DNA of 64,000 nucleotides from Octopus vulgaris. Taxonomy: Eukaryota. Positions 1-13,035 of the stretch are shown one piece after another (position 1 is the stretch's first letter; every line of letters starts with the position of its first letter). The notes under the pieces are model-generated. The model was not told the origin of the DNA. It searched no databases and worked only from the letters and a program-made list of their open reading frames with translations. Location: the NCBI GenBank assembly GCA_951406725.2, contig OX597825.1:54932001-54996000 (forward strand), given 5' to 3'. The translations under genes and the position numbers were made by a program.

Positions 1-618
1 CTAGGTGGATAGGAGAAAATGTCTTGCCATTTTATTTTATTTCAGAGAACTTAGCTGCTATTTCTAAAGTTTTAGAGACCATGTATAGGTTCTTGTCTTT
101 GCTTGGGGAAGATTGATCTATTTGCTTCTTTCTGTATAAGTGCTGTGTATATAAATTGAAGACAATTTATCACCTTCTCAGACTACAAGAAATAGCTGTT
201 AAATCTCCTTCAAATCACACCCTATCATTTTAAGTAAGACAAGAACACATCATAAGATATTGCATGTATCCCTGGATACCTCATAGAAAAACAGAATGCT
301 TTTAAACAAAGGTCTGCTGAATCAGAGTTGACTGGGCTAAGTAACAGCAACAACTACCACAGCAATGAGATATACAAGGAAGCATCTGTCCAGTTAGTTG
401 ACTTGTTAGCAACAGCAATTAAATCTCCAACAGACTGTCTTAAAATGTAAAGGACACTTTAGTCTATGTAATCCTTTAAAAAAAATTGTCTGAAATAAAT
501 AATAGGATGATCACGACTGGAATGTCTTTGATGATATACCAGGCTGGTCAGAGTGATCTTGGATGCTAAACAACAGAGATCATTATACAAAATGAGATTA
601 AGACCTGAACCTGTGCCA

Positions 619-667
<49 letters not shown>

Positions 668-940
668 TGTGTGTGTGTATAAACATCGTCTGAAAGTCTA
701 CTGACATCACTTAGAGCAGGTATGGTGTCTATACATACTGTTTACAAAGAGAAGTACTTTCAGGGGATATCCAACAGTGAAAAGCCATGTTCACATTTTG
801 GTGTGCAAGAACATGCTAAAAATGTATGCAGACATTATAATTTTGATTGTCTTTATTTTTTGTATGCTCACAATAATTTGATATCAGCTTGGCAAGTTTT
901 CACACACATCAGCAAATGCTCTGTTTACTGATTTCTGTAG

Positions 941-978
941 ACAAGAATAGTTGTTCCCGTCTAGCTCCAAAGGATCAA
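941..978 (+). CDS. Tentative small exon (xKNSCSRLAPKDQ) of an unidentified plus-strand gene
   Basis: Acceptor ctgtttactgatttctgtag| and donor CAA|gtaggg. 38 nt with a phase-0 end compatible with candidate exon 7895-7929. No homology recognised. Confidence 0.2.
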
Positions 979-2283
979 GTAGGGTGTACTACGGAGAGAA
1001 TGAAATTATACCAAAGCACCAATGGTGCCTGATAGTCTTCTAATGTCATTTGGAGTAAGAGTGGTATGTGCACATATCATGGGTAGGGAGAAGTCATTCT
1101 TCAAAATGAAATCCTACAGCAAAATATTATGTTCACATTTAGGCAGGTGTGCAGGAAAAGAGTAAGAATACATGTACACATTATCATCATGTTACCATCC
1201 ACTTTTCCATGCTTGTATGGGCTGGCTGAAATTTATTGAGGCAGATTATCTACAGCCCTGACGTCCTTCTTATTACCAACTCTCACCTATTTCCAAATAA
1301 GGTAATAGTTCTGCATTGTCAGATATGTTTTCAAGAAATATTGAAAATGAAGGATAGCACTTCCATGACGTTGATGCTCATTTACAACTATACATTGCCA
1401 AGGTAAGGAGAAACTAACACACACACACAAATGACGAACTTCTTTCTATTTCCATGAACAAAACCAACTCACAAGGCTTTTGCTAGAAGGCACTTGCCCA
1501 AGGTGCCCTACAGTGGGACTGAACCAGAGACCATGTGGCTGGTTAGCAAATTTCTTACAACACAACAATACCTGCATCTACACATACACATATGTGCACA
1601 GTTTCTTTGATATGGAACCCAGTTCTAAGCTGGAACTTTATTTTGTCAATCCCTCAAGGTTGAAGGGCAAAGCTGACTTTGGCAAGATTTGAACTCACTG
1701 TGTAAAAGGCTGTAACTTAATACAACACTAATGATTCTGCCAATCCACAGCCTTGCTTTAATAATAATAATAATAATAATTGGTACAAGAGCATAAATTC
1801 CAAAGAGGCAGTAGTAAAAATGAACCATTAGAATCCAAGTAACAGAATTCATAGAGCCCCAAGTAAATTTGCCTTACGGTACTCAATTATATTCCCTTAT
1901 GATGGGAGTTCAAATCCCACTTGGGTTGGTCTTCATTTTCTTCATTCTGTGGTCAAAAATATACATAAGTTAAATTCTGAGCTTGATGAAATGAACTAAC
2001 TCTCCCTCACAAAATTTAGTATCTTGTAGACACTATCATTACAATTACTTCTGATGGAAGTCAGTGGAATAAGAAAAATGAGGAAGCACCAAACAAAATT
2101 TTAATGTTTTGTTCTGACTCTATACATTCTCAGTACTCTGTGACTACCATTCCAAGGTTCACAGAATCAATGCTGGCATTGCACTGATTACTGATTTGAT
2201 TCACCAATCCTCTTTCATTTATTTATTTATTTATTTGTTATTATACTAAAGAATAAACTGTTATTATTATCATTATTAAAAAA

Positions 2284-2503
2284 GGAAGTGAGCTGGTAGA
2301 ATCATTAGCATGACAAACAAAATACTGCACAATATTTATTCTGCTCTATGTCCTGAGTTCAAATTCTGCTGAGGTTGAGTTTAACGTTCATCCTCCTTTC
2401 AGGGGTGATAAATTAAGTACCACCTGTGCAATAGGGTCAAGTTAATCAACAAGCCCACTCCCTCAAAATCTCAGGCCTTGTGAGGAGAAAGGCTTATTAT
2501 TAT
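2284..2503 (+). mobile_element. tRNA-derived SINE with Nin/Deu-like core (family A)
   Basis: Head gagctggtagaatcattagca...gagttcaaattc, core ttcatcctcctttcaggggtgataaattaagtacca, (TTA) tail. Similar copies occur throughout the window. Confidence 0.75.
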
Positions 2504-2517
2504 CATTTCATGTGCAC

Positions 2518-2939
2518 CATTGCTGAATTAATCCTTAAACAAAATAAGCACGTGCATAGGGTATCAAGGGAAGAGGAGACATCACAGAAATGGTAAATGG
2601 TTTACAACACAAAAGAAATCACTTTAAACTCGCTAAAATAATATTTGGAATGCCTAATATCCACTAAGTATTGAAATAAATGTATTACGTAGGACTAATT
2701 TTGAAAATCTGATCAAAGACTAAGCAATTTTTAAAAAGTTGGAAACTTTTTAAATACAAATAAAGTGGAAGAGTACAAAAAGAAGCATTATGTTCCATCT
2801 TGGTGTTAGTTTTGTTTTATTTTGAAAAATAAAAATTTCTTTTATGGTTTATTATTGTTTGTATTTTGAATTACATATATGTGAGGGCACCAAAATCTTT
2901 CAAGTGCTTAGGGCCTCTGTGGATCTTAATCTGGCCCTG
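2518..2939 (-). mobile_element. hAT-type MITE, uninterrupted copy
   Basis: Exact 8-bp target-site duplication ATGTGCAC at 2510-2517 and 2940-2947. Termini cattgctgaatt / aatctggccctg. Aligns end to end, in reverse orientation, with 60040-60222 plus 61473-61710. Confidence 0.85.
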
Positions 2940-3429
2940 ATGTGCACTTTATCCATAGAATGTAGGGTTATTCTTCTAGTATGAATTTTTCCCATTTGAA
3001 AGTAAAAAAAGAATTTAATGCAACAAGTGAACTTTGCTTGCTGATAATCTATTCAAACATGGAAACTAAGACAAGAACATTCCCCCAATATTTTAACAAA
3101 AAAAAGAAAAAAACAAAAACACAAGAATATAATTATTTGTACTTTAAAAAATACACAGAAAATACAATTTTCACACGTAATTATATCTTTTAATATTATT
3201 TTTCACACTATAATATATACACACACACACAAGCAAATGTTAGCAAAAATTTTAATGGTGAAAACAACTCATTTGCCCATATTGCTAGTAATAAGGAAAG
3301 TTTAAATATGAATCAACTACCAGAGGAAGGATAGCATAGCAGAAATAAATGACCAAAGCAAATGCTTTCTTACCTGAAACTTTTTTCCAAGTGCAAGAGG
3401 CAGGCAACTTACTTCTGCATTGTAAATAA

Positions 3430-4520
3430 AGGAGGGGTTTGTCTATTCTTCTCAAAAGAAAATTTGAAGGAAACTCTGGCCAATGTGTGAAAAGATATGA
3501 TTTTCATCAACTCAAGCAAAGCATATGGGAGTATCTCCTTTGTTTCTAAGATTAAAGGCAAGGCATTTTAACACACCTAGGTGCTGTATGACACACCTGC
3601 TGACAAGTTGTACTACAATATATGGAGCAGAAAGGTTTTGGCAATGGTGCTGAGCCTTGATTTATTGTCACCTTTGCAACACAATACAACAATATGGTGA
3701 TTGCTATGGTAACTGACATGTGACTGAGAAAGACTTGTATGAACATACAAGATTAATGACCCCCTAAAATCACAGGGCCTCTCTGAAACTCAGCCCCATA
3801 ATGGGTACAAAAAAAACCATGTGACTAGTGGTACAAGACAGAAGACCTAGCTTCTACGTGTGACAGTAAGAAGTATTTGAGGGCTTACTGCTATAAGAAG
3901 CTAGAAATTCAGGGTTGTGGGAGAGTCTAGCTCACAGCAGCAGAGCAAGCAACAGCAGGCTCCAGAAATGGCTAACTCTAGTTCTTGACCACCACAAGCC
4001 ACATTGCAAATTGCAGCTTCAAAGTTGGTCAAAGTATATGCTTTGTCCTCAGAACCAGAAGCCAAGGACAAAAAAGTAAATGAACAAGAATTCAAGGATT
4101 GTGACATCAAACCCCACCACTCTTCCACGAGCAAAAACCCTTCATATTTCTACAATAGCAATAAAACAGAGACAGGAAATAGCTATCAAATAAAACTGGA
4201 TAAAAAAAAGAGAAGAAAAAAGAAAGCAGAGCAGGAACAAGGAGCCCAAGCAAAGCATGCAGAACAAACAGGGAGACACACCTCGTTCCCAGAAGAAAGC
4301 AAGACAAGAAGCCCACTTCTTCCTTTGAGTTTACAGTGTTAGGAACATCAAACAATGATCTGAAGGATTTCCTAAATGACACGCAGAAGGAGAATAGAAC
4401 TGAGAAAGTGCTAGCTTGCAATGAGATGAGGGCAGAATATAATGAACACTCAAAGGATTGTTGACAGAAACTACAGCACCTCTTTATTGGTAGTGGTACC
4501 TGAATTATGTGGAAGATGTG
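3430..4520 (+). mobile_element. Degenerate LINE ORF1-like (gag-like) remnant with decayed zinc knuckle
   Basis: 3852-3891 reads F-Y-(V)-C-D-S-K-K-Y-L-R-A-Y-C after repairing a 2-nt frameshift, i.e. a decayed CX2CX4HX4C. It is preceded by VVQDRRPS and followed by a K/E/Q-rich low-complexity frame (4004-4342). Boundaries are approximate. Confidence 0.4.
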
Positions 4521-4896
4521 GGCTTCTTCCTATCTACTCCAATACCTCAAATGTCCATGGACATATTTGAAACTAAAACATTCTGAGCATCATGACATGT
4601 ACATGGGAGTGCACAATAGTAACAGTTGTAGCAGTGAGAGGCTCTAATCTAACTTAGGTGGCAGTTTATCACCTGTGTGCCTATAGGTTGTGCTTATCTT
4701 TTGTGTATGCATGTGTGTGTAGTTGACTATCCTATATATTTCAAATTTCTTAATATGCTTTTATATAAACTGTATAATGTTCTTGCCTAACTTTTCATTT
4801 TTATATAATGATGTTTCAACATCCCTTCATGTTCTGAGAACCTTTATACTAATTTTATATCTCCCTGGTGGCATAATAAAAGAAAGCTGCTGCTGC

Positions 4897-4948
<52 letters not shown>

Positions 4949-5983
4949 GGTGGCAGGCTGGCAGAATCATTAGCACACTGGGTGAAATGCTTAGCAGTAT
5001 TTCATCTGCTGCTATGTTCTGAGTTCAAATTCAACCAAGGTCGACTTTTCCTTTCATCCCTTCGGGGTTGATAAATTAAGTACCAGTTGAGTACTGGGAT
5101 CGATGTGATCAACTGTCCCCATCCCCACAAAAATCCAAGTCTTTTGCCTATGGTAGAAAGAATTATCATTGTTATTCTTAAGGCAGTGAGCTGGCTGAAT
5201 TGCTTACATACCAGACTAAATGCTGAGTGACATTTTCATCCATCTTCACATTCTGGGTTCAAATGCTGAGGTCAACTTTGTCTTTCATTTTTAGAGTGTT
5301 GATGAAATCAGTCCTAGTCGAGCTGGGGTCAAAATTTCCCAACATTTCAGGTCTTGTACTTATCAAAGAAAGGGTTATTATTATTATTGCTATTATATTC
5401 TGAGTCCAAATTCAACCAAGGTCAACTTGACCATTCAATCATTTCGAGAGTGATAAAACAGATATCAGTCAAGTACTGAGATTGATGAAATCAACTTAAC
5501 CAACTCATCCAAATTGGTGGCCTTATTGCAGAAATTTGGAAAAAAAACTATCATCATTTTTAAGGAAGCCAGCTGATGGAATTGATGAATATTTAGTGAC
5601 ATTTCTTTTACTCTTTACGTTCTAAGTTTATTCATCCTCTTAGGGATTGATAAAATAAGTACCAGTTAAGAACTAGGGTTGATGTTATCATCTTACCTCC
5701 TCCCACCACAAAATTGCTGGTCTTCTGTCAAAAATTTGAAGCAATTATATGGTTTATCATTATTCGGTAGTTCCAAGCTGGCAGAATTGTTAGCATGCCA
5801 GACAGTATGTGGTATTTCGCCCATTGCTACATTCTGGGTTCAAATTCTGCCAAGGTTGATTTCACTTTTCATCCTTTTAGGGTTGATAAATTAAGTACCA
5901 GTTAAACACTGGGGTTGATGTAATTGACTATTCCCCCCCCACAAATTTCAGGCTATGTGCCTATAGTAGAAGGGATTATTATT
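4949..5983 (+). mobile_element. Tandem cluster of about five family-A SINE copies separated by (TTA)n
   Basis: Repeated ctggcagaat...gttcaaattc...tttcatcc...gataaattaagtaccagtt units starting near 4949, 5180, 5395, 5560 and 5765. Confidence 0.85.
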
Positions 5984-7894
5984 CAGTAGTTCCATGCGAG
6001 TCTCTGCTGCACCATCTGGTACACCTCAGTGTACCTGAGGTGTGTGCAGTATCATGCTCTTATTCTTATGGGGAGTGAGAGAGCAAGGACTCCTGTTGAT
6101 GTATTGTGTCAGGTTTTGTTATGGGGTTTAGTTTCTTCCTTATCATTATGTTAGTGTTTGTTCTGTTGTGTGTGGTGTGTGTCATGAGTGTTGTGTTATT
6201 TCATAGGACCTTAATATATGTTGCGCATTATATTATTGTCTTCATTATTAATATCATTATCTTCTCTCAAAGATATCCTATATTTTTAATGGCATGGTCA
6301 TTGGGAAGATGGAGGGCAATGCCCATGGCCCTTACTTTTTTTTACAGGGACCTTAAAACTAGTGGGAGGAATAGAAGTTACCCTTAGACAATATCATGGG
6401 CCTAAATGTTCACAAAATAGTGAATACTATTAGAAGCATCCAAGGGCCAAATGGGAGAGTTAACACAAACAGCAGTTTAAGATCTACCACCTAGGAGCTT
6501 ATGCACATGCTTTCAATTATATGGAATATAAAAGTAGAATGGTTTACTTGTTGGAGCTACTGTTTTGTTATTTAAAAGATGTATAATGCCACTTCTGACT
6601 GCTAACTACTTAACAATGAAGTAGATATGGAACTTGCTTTTTGCTTGGTCAGGCCAGCTGAAGCAAGCAGAGTTAGATAGATGTTGGATCTAAACCTAAT
6701 GGCCATATAACTAATAATCCAACATCTTTATAGTCAAGCCATAGCTATGTGCTTAAGAAACTAATTTTCACAACCACAAGGTTTTGAATTCCATCCCACT
6801 GCATGGCAGCTGGCTAAAGCCTTCTGCTATAGCTCTCGATAGGATGAAAGAGGCCCACTGCATATACGTGTGTATGTGTGTATTCGTTTGCTTTTAAAAG
6901 TTTTTCATCATTAGCAAGGGTGAGATGAATATATTGTTAAGGCATTGTTTTAGAGCTAGGTGCTCTTCCTGCCACTAACCCTTGTTTTTCAGGTACTGGT
7001 TGGCTAGTGACAATGGATGACCTGTCAACTGGGTAAATGACAAAAACTCCTACACTGCTTATATCTGAGTGATTTTTGGAGAATGTAAACAAACCTACAC
7101 ACACACTTGCACATACATATGATGGGCTTCTTTCAGTTTCTACTGATCGAATTGACTTACAAGGTTTGGTTAGCCTACAGCAGGAATAGAAGACACTTTG
7201 CCAAAGTTTCAATCAGTGGGATTGAACTAAAAAACCCACATAGTTAGGAAAAGAACTATTTAACTGCACAGCCATGCCTGCACCTGTAAAACATATGTGC
7301 ACATGTATGCATGGAACTGTCTACATTATATGCATTTTGCATGAGAAAGCATTGAGGTACATTCACTGAAATGTTGTTGATATTCCGTAGTCAACAGATC
7401 ATTCACTAGATTTGCACTTTTGAAAACATGCAGAGTAAGAGAAACCTTGCTTGAAAAACAAGTTATGGTTGGTGACAGGAAAAGCATCCATCTGACTTAA
7501 CATAATATGTATTCATCTAACCAATGCTACCATAGAAAAATGGATGTAGAAACTAATGGACAAACATCTGTACTGAAGCAAAAAATCAGTATCTGTGTAA
7601 ACTTTATGATATATAAATATGTGTGTGTGTGTGTTTTTGTGTGTATATATATATATATGTGTGTATGTGTGTTTTTGTGTGTATACATATATATATGTGT
7701 GTGTGTGTGTGTGTCTGTGTGTGTGCTTGTGAATGTATATGTGTGTGTATATTTTATTTTTTATTTTATCTAGTTTCAGCTCACGAGCTAAGCACACACG
7801 TACAAACATATATATATATATATCTTTCTTTCTCTTTATAAAGTAGAACGTGTTATGCTTTGTTCAATAACTAATGTACTTATTATCTTTCCAG

Positions 7895-7929
7895 AAATCC
7901 CCAGTTATCTTTTCAAAAACCTACGCTGT
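7895..7929 (+). CDS. Candidate exon (KSPVIFSKTYAV) of an unidentified plus-strand gene
   Basis: Branch-like ctaat at 7871, tract gtacttattatctttccag|, donor |gtaagg. Phase-2 end matches 8010-8069. Confidence 0.4.
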
Positions 7930-8009
7930 GTAAGGTTTATTTGACTCATATCAGTATACTGCAAGTAAAAGATTAACTTATACACTGAATTAAGGATTTG
8001 TTTTTACAG

Positions 8010-8069
8010 ATCAACACATGAATTTTATCATTTGAAGCATAGAAAAATACAGTCTCATTTTCAGAATAA
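8010..8069 (+). CDS. Candidate 60-nt exon (STHEFYHLKHRKIQSHFQN)
   Basis: Acceptor gatttgtttttacag|, donor |gtagga, open frame, symmetric phase 2-2. Confidence 0.4.
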
Positions 8070-8739
8070 GTAGGAAGCTATTGTTTTTTTATTTATATAT
8101 TTATTTCAAAATTCTAACTATTGTCTCTTCAGCTTCATTCTCTCAAATGCCAATTAAGTCGTTTTTTCTTTGTCGTTATTTTAGGCTTTTTATCTGATAT
8201 CTATTTTTATTTTTAATTTTAATTTTATTATTATCATCATCATTATTATTATTGTTTTGTGTTTTCATGAGTAACAACAATTATCTATCATTTGTAAAGA
8301 TTCATTTTTGCAGTCAGTATTCTCATTACGGAGCCAAATTCTTTTATTAATCTTAACAAGAATAACAGAATCACTTGAAATGCTGATTCTCTGTAGATGA
8401 AGCATGATGGCATATACACCTAACAGTTGCACTACTAACACATGTTGATGAACATCTGTCAACTAGTTCTCAACATGTCATCATCATGCTTTCAAACATC
8501 AGTGAATTATACTAAATTCACTAATGCTAATCGACAATAAATCCAATTCAGGGTATGTCAAGCCGAATGATTTTAAGCCTTATAATCTTATAGGTTCAGG
8601 TATGGGGACGTGGTTAAGAAGTTCACTTTATAATCATGTGGTTTTAGGTTCAGTCACATGTTTTGGCTCCTTGGTCTCAGGCTGACAGAAGCCTTGTGAG
8701 TATATTTAGCAGACAGAATCTAAACGGAGCCTGTTGTGT

Positions 8740-8770
<31 letters not shown>

Positions 8771-9964
8771 ACGTGTGCATGTGTGTGTGTATGTATATGT
8801 ATGTGTGTATATATGTATATATGCACACACACACACACACACACATATATTATCTATCTGTATGTATCAGTGTGTGTGTTTGTGTATATGTATCCATGTG
8901 TATGTGCATGTCTAAGTGTGTCCCTTTGTCATAACATTGCATACTAATTGTAAACGAATATCACCTACATATGAGTGGTGTCCTTCATTTGAAATATTCC
9001 ATGAAAATATGTCTGATTGACAGGCTGTTAATGGATAAAAGACTAGGGAAAAATATCATTCTACTTCGAAACAGGTGAAGGTTGGTGACAGGAATAGCAT
9101 CCACCCATTGGAAATCTGCCACAATTAACTGGGTCTGACCGTTGCTCTATTAAGCATGAGAAAGTGGATGAATGTGGCGATGATGAATGCAAATTTCGAA
9201 AGAAACACTGAATGAATTAACAAGCCCTCAATATATATATCCATAGTTCTAGATATTGAACTATGGATGTAATTTCTTTTTTAAAATCAGAAAACTGAAT
9301 ATACTTTTCTTGCATTTCCTACATTTAAACATCTTAACCACAACAATTTGGGTTTAAAATTAGGTTAAGATTGTTGACACTGCACACTTAGAATAACTTT
9401 AAATTTTAACATTTAAAAATGCACAGGATTATTTTAGTTGTTTCTTTGTTTTTGTTTTCTGTTTTTTTTTTTTTGTCCTCACTCTGCTAGAAAGTACAGC
9501 CACTTATTATCCATGAGCAAGTATGGCTTGGCAATATGTACTATGCTTTTGCTAACTGTTTTAGGTCCTTTTGTAGTTGTGAGCACCATAGATACCCTTT
9601 CAGTTCCCTCATGCCTTTATCCAGCAGTGGATCCTAGGTGCCACTGCTGGAAGAAGACAGGGTAGCACCGGTACTTGGTTGGTACTCATTTTAACTGAGT
9701 AGGCTGAAGCAATATGAAAAGAAGTCTGTTGCAAGGACACAACATGCTTCTCTGTCCAAGAAGTGATCCCACAATTTTATAACTGTAAAGATCATGAACT
9801 GAACAACCTGACTACTAGGGTGTGCCTTCACTCACCCCAGCTTTTTTTTTTTTTTTTCAAATAAGAGAAATGTCATAAACAAATTTTGTGACAAAAATTA
9901 ATTGAAAGATTCACTTCTCTGAGGTGCTAATATTACCAATGATTGTTATTAATATTACTGTTAT

Positions 9965-10333
9965 TGGTTTCAAATTTTGGCCCAAGGTCAGCAAATATGA
10001 CCTAGGCAGAATTTGAACTCAGAGTATAAAGGCACAAAAAATACTGTGAAGGATTTTGTTGTTCAGCATGCTAACAATTCTGCCAAATCACTCCATTGAT
10101 GATGATGATGATGATGTTTTCAAATTTTGGCACAATGCCAGTAATTTCAGGGGAGCAGTAAGTTGATTAAATTGACCTCAGTATATGACTGGTAATTATT
10201 TTATTGACCATTTAAATGGATGAAAAGCAGAGTCAAACACAGTAGAATTTGAACTCAAAACATAGAGATGGATGAAGTACTGCTAAGCATCTTGCCCATT
10301 TTGCCTGGTGTGCTAATGATTCTTCCAGTTCAC
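9965..10333 (-). mobile_element. Two family-A SINE copies (one partial)
   Basis: Reverse-complement motifs agaatttgaactca and tttcaaattttggc at 9968-10090 and 10117-10330, followed by (AAT)/(AAG)/(AAC) repeats. Confidence 0.7.
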
Positions 10334-10368
10334 AATAATAATAATAACAATAATAATAATAATAATAA

Positions 10369-10399
<31 letters not shown>

Positions 10400-11220
10400 A
10401 ACAACAACAACAACAACAGCAGCAGCAATGTCAGTTTAGGTTTTGAAAAAGAGTACACAAGACCTTTCATCTACTTCACCAATGATACATTCTAGGACAT
10501 TAATGTCTTATAGTTTAAATTTCGCTATGAACACAAAATCATTTTCCTTACTTTCAACAGTCAGATATTTTTAAAGTAAACTGTTTTGTTTTTAAGCTAA
10601 GCATTGACAAGCATTTGAACCTTGAAATGAGTAGCTTTTAAGGAAAGTGCTGAACATTTATACATTTTAAATCCCTGTTAAGTCCCTGAATTTTAAGCTC
10701 CTATATTTTAAGCCTCAACTCTAAGTTTTAAGTAAAAGATTGAAAATCTTATCAAGTTTTGAACACCAAGATATTTAATATTGTAAACCTTTATATTTTA
10801 AGCTCTATATATTTTTAGTTTTAAACAAAATGGTGAAGTCTTTGTCAGACCCTCAACACACAAACATTGTAAGTTGTAGACAGGTTTACTTTGTCTTTTA
10901 TCCTTCCAGGATTGACTGTAAAGTACAAGTCAAGGAGTGAGGTTGATATAATTGACTAGACCCTCCTGAAGAATATACGGCTTTATGCTAATGTTGGAAA
11001 CAACTGATTTGAAGAGAGATTGTAAGTTTCAATAAGTTGGGTTGTCATAAAGAGTTGAATAGCTATAGCACTTTCAATGGAGAAGTTATAATAGAAAACA
11101 ATTCTGTTAGATTAAAATTTAAGACATAAGAGAATAATATGTTTGAATGGTGGTAATTGAAAGGCTTTGCAGAATCCACCTGAAGCATAAACTGTCATAG
11201 TTCTTAGTTTTAATATCATT

Positions 11221-11620
11221 AAGTGGTAAGCTGGCAAAATTGTCTGAGCATTGCAATACAAGCTTTGAGATATGTCTTCCTGCATTTTATGTCCTGAGAT
11301 CAAATCCTGAGGTTAATTTTTTTTTCTTATTTTCAAAGTTGATAAAATAGATAACTAGTCAAGTACTGAGGTTGCTGGTACTGACTAACCACCACCCCCA
11401 CAAAAATTGCTATCCTAGATGCAAACTTTAAAACCAGGATGCTAAACTGACAGAACTATTACTGATTCAGACAAAATGCTTAGAAGTTTATGTACCGAGT
11501 TCAAATTCTGCTGAAGGGTCAATAACACAAAATGCCAATTAAGTACTGGGGTTGATGTAATTAACTAACTCCTGCGTCCTAAGATTGTTGGCTTTGTGCG
11601 AAACTTTGAAAGTATAATTG
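11221..11620 (+). mobile_element. Two family-A SINE copies
   Basis: aagctggcaaaattg...gataaaatagataactagtcaagtactgagg and gagttcaaattctgctg...gtactggggttgatgtaatt. Confidence 0.65.
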
Positions 11621-12514
11621 TTATTATAATCATCATTATTCTTATTGTTATTATTATTTTTACTTTTTTATTATGAGTATTATTATTATCATTATCACTA
11701 CTCTATCAAAGGACCTGTATTCAAAGTGTGAAATATTTCCATTCCACACAGCAACCAAATGTATTGAACCTACAAATTTCCTTGGTTCTTATAACCACTG
11801 TTGCTGATAGTGATTGGTTCCAGTTCCTTGGATTTAGATTTTACTTTTACTAACTAAACAACCAACCAAACAACCATGATATAGGTTTCCAAAAGAGCCT
11901 TGTTTTTTCTTCTTTGCTTTTTTTTTGGCTGTTTTCTTACCCAGTATCCTCTATGCTCAACCATTATTTTCAACACTGAAAGATTTTATGTTTTTTTCTT
12001 TTTCATGTCCTCTGTTCTCTCACTAACACTCTAACACCTCACAGCTTAGATTATATGTCTGAAATTCCATTGATAATACTTTATACCACTTTGTTCTCCC
12101 GTATCATAAATGTTTATCTTAAAATGTCTCCAGCTACTTAACAGCAAACACCTTTTAGCTGTCTGGAATATATTCATATTTTCCCACTAAGTCTACCTCA
12201 AAGAAATCACCGGATAAGTTATCTGTCTCAAATGAATAAGGCTTCATTCTTTCTTATTCTTTTCTGCTTCTAAGTTTCCTTTCTAAATTTAGTTCTAAGT
12301 GGAAATATTGTGAAAATCTGAACAACTACTAATGATTTATTGGCCAAAAAGTGGCAGAGAATATAAATATTCTTGAAGAGCTTGTTTATAGTGTTTGTTC
12401 TAATGTGAAATTAATCATGCCAAGAAATCAGGGGGAGGGGTGACTGTTTTGCAGTTGTGAACGGATTGTGGGAGGAGGAATTAAAAAAAAACAATATAGA
12501 TATATATGTACATA

Positions 12515-12561
<47 letters not shown>

Positions 12562-12586
12562 CTATACATATGATTAAACTACTCAC

Positions 12587-12610
12587 CGCGTTTTACATTG
12601 CTGGACCCAG
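12587..12610 (-). CDS. 24-nt frame-preserving microexon of a large minus-strand host gene (probably xGSSNVKRx)
   Basis: The minus strand reads a long T tract, then attcttcag|CTGGGTCCAGCAATGTAAAACGCG|gtgagt. This gives a CAG acceptor, a perfect GTGAGT donor and a length divisible by 3, forming a GC/CpG-containing island in AT-rich flanks. Confidence 0.6.
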
Positions 12611-12719
12611 CTGAAGAATAAAAAAAAACATACAAAAGTTTTACATTGATGTCTAAATTTTGTTTTCTAAAGAATTTTTTAAAACACACATATAAACTAC
12701 AAAACATAAAATAAACCCA

Positions 12720-12748
12720 CACACATATATATATATTCATGCATCAAT

Positions 12749-12795
<47 letters not shown>

Positions 12796-13035
12796 GACAT
12801 ACATATATAATATATATATACATGTATAATATATATATATACATACATATATATATATATACACACATATATACATACATATATATATACACACATACAT
12901 ATATATACGCATACATATATATATGCACATATATACATATATATATATATATACACATAAATATATATAAATATATATGCATACATACATATATATACAC
13001 ATATATACATATATATATATATACACACACACATT
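12720..13035. repeat. Compound (TA)/(CA)/(TACA) microsatellite
   Basis: Directly visible; source of the spurious IY/YI ORFs. Confidence 0.95.

Noticed and set aside
764-823. Possible exon GISNSEKPCSHFGVQEHAKN
   Set aside because: Weak pyrimidine tract, and a diverged duplicate lies at ~1111-1185 without splice signals, suggesting a local repeat.
3369-3420. Minus-strand donor sites (CAG|GTAAG at 3374 and GAA|GTAAGT near 3412)
   Set aside because: No matching acceptor and open frame found; adjacent to the putative LINE ORF1 remnant.
11941-11975. Possible minus-strand 35-nt exon (LKIMVEHRGYW)
   Set aside because: Short pyrimidine tract and no independent support; likely a chance AG/GT pair.
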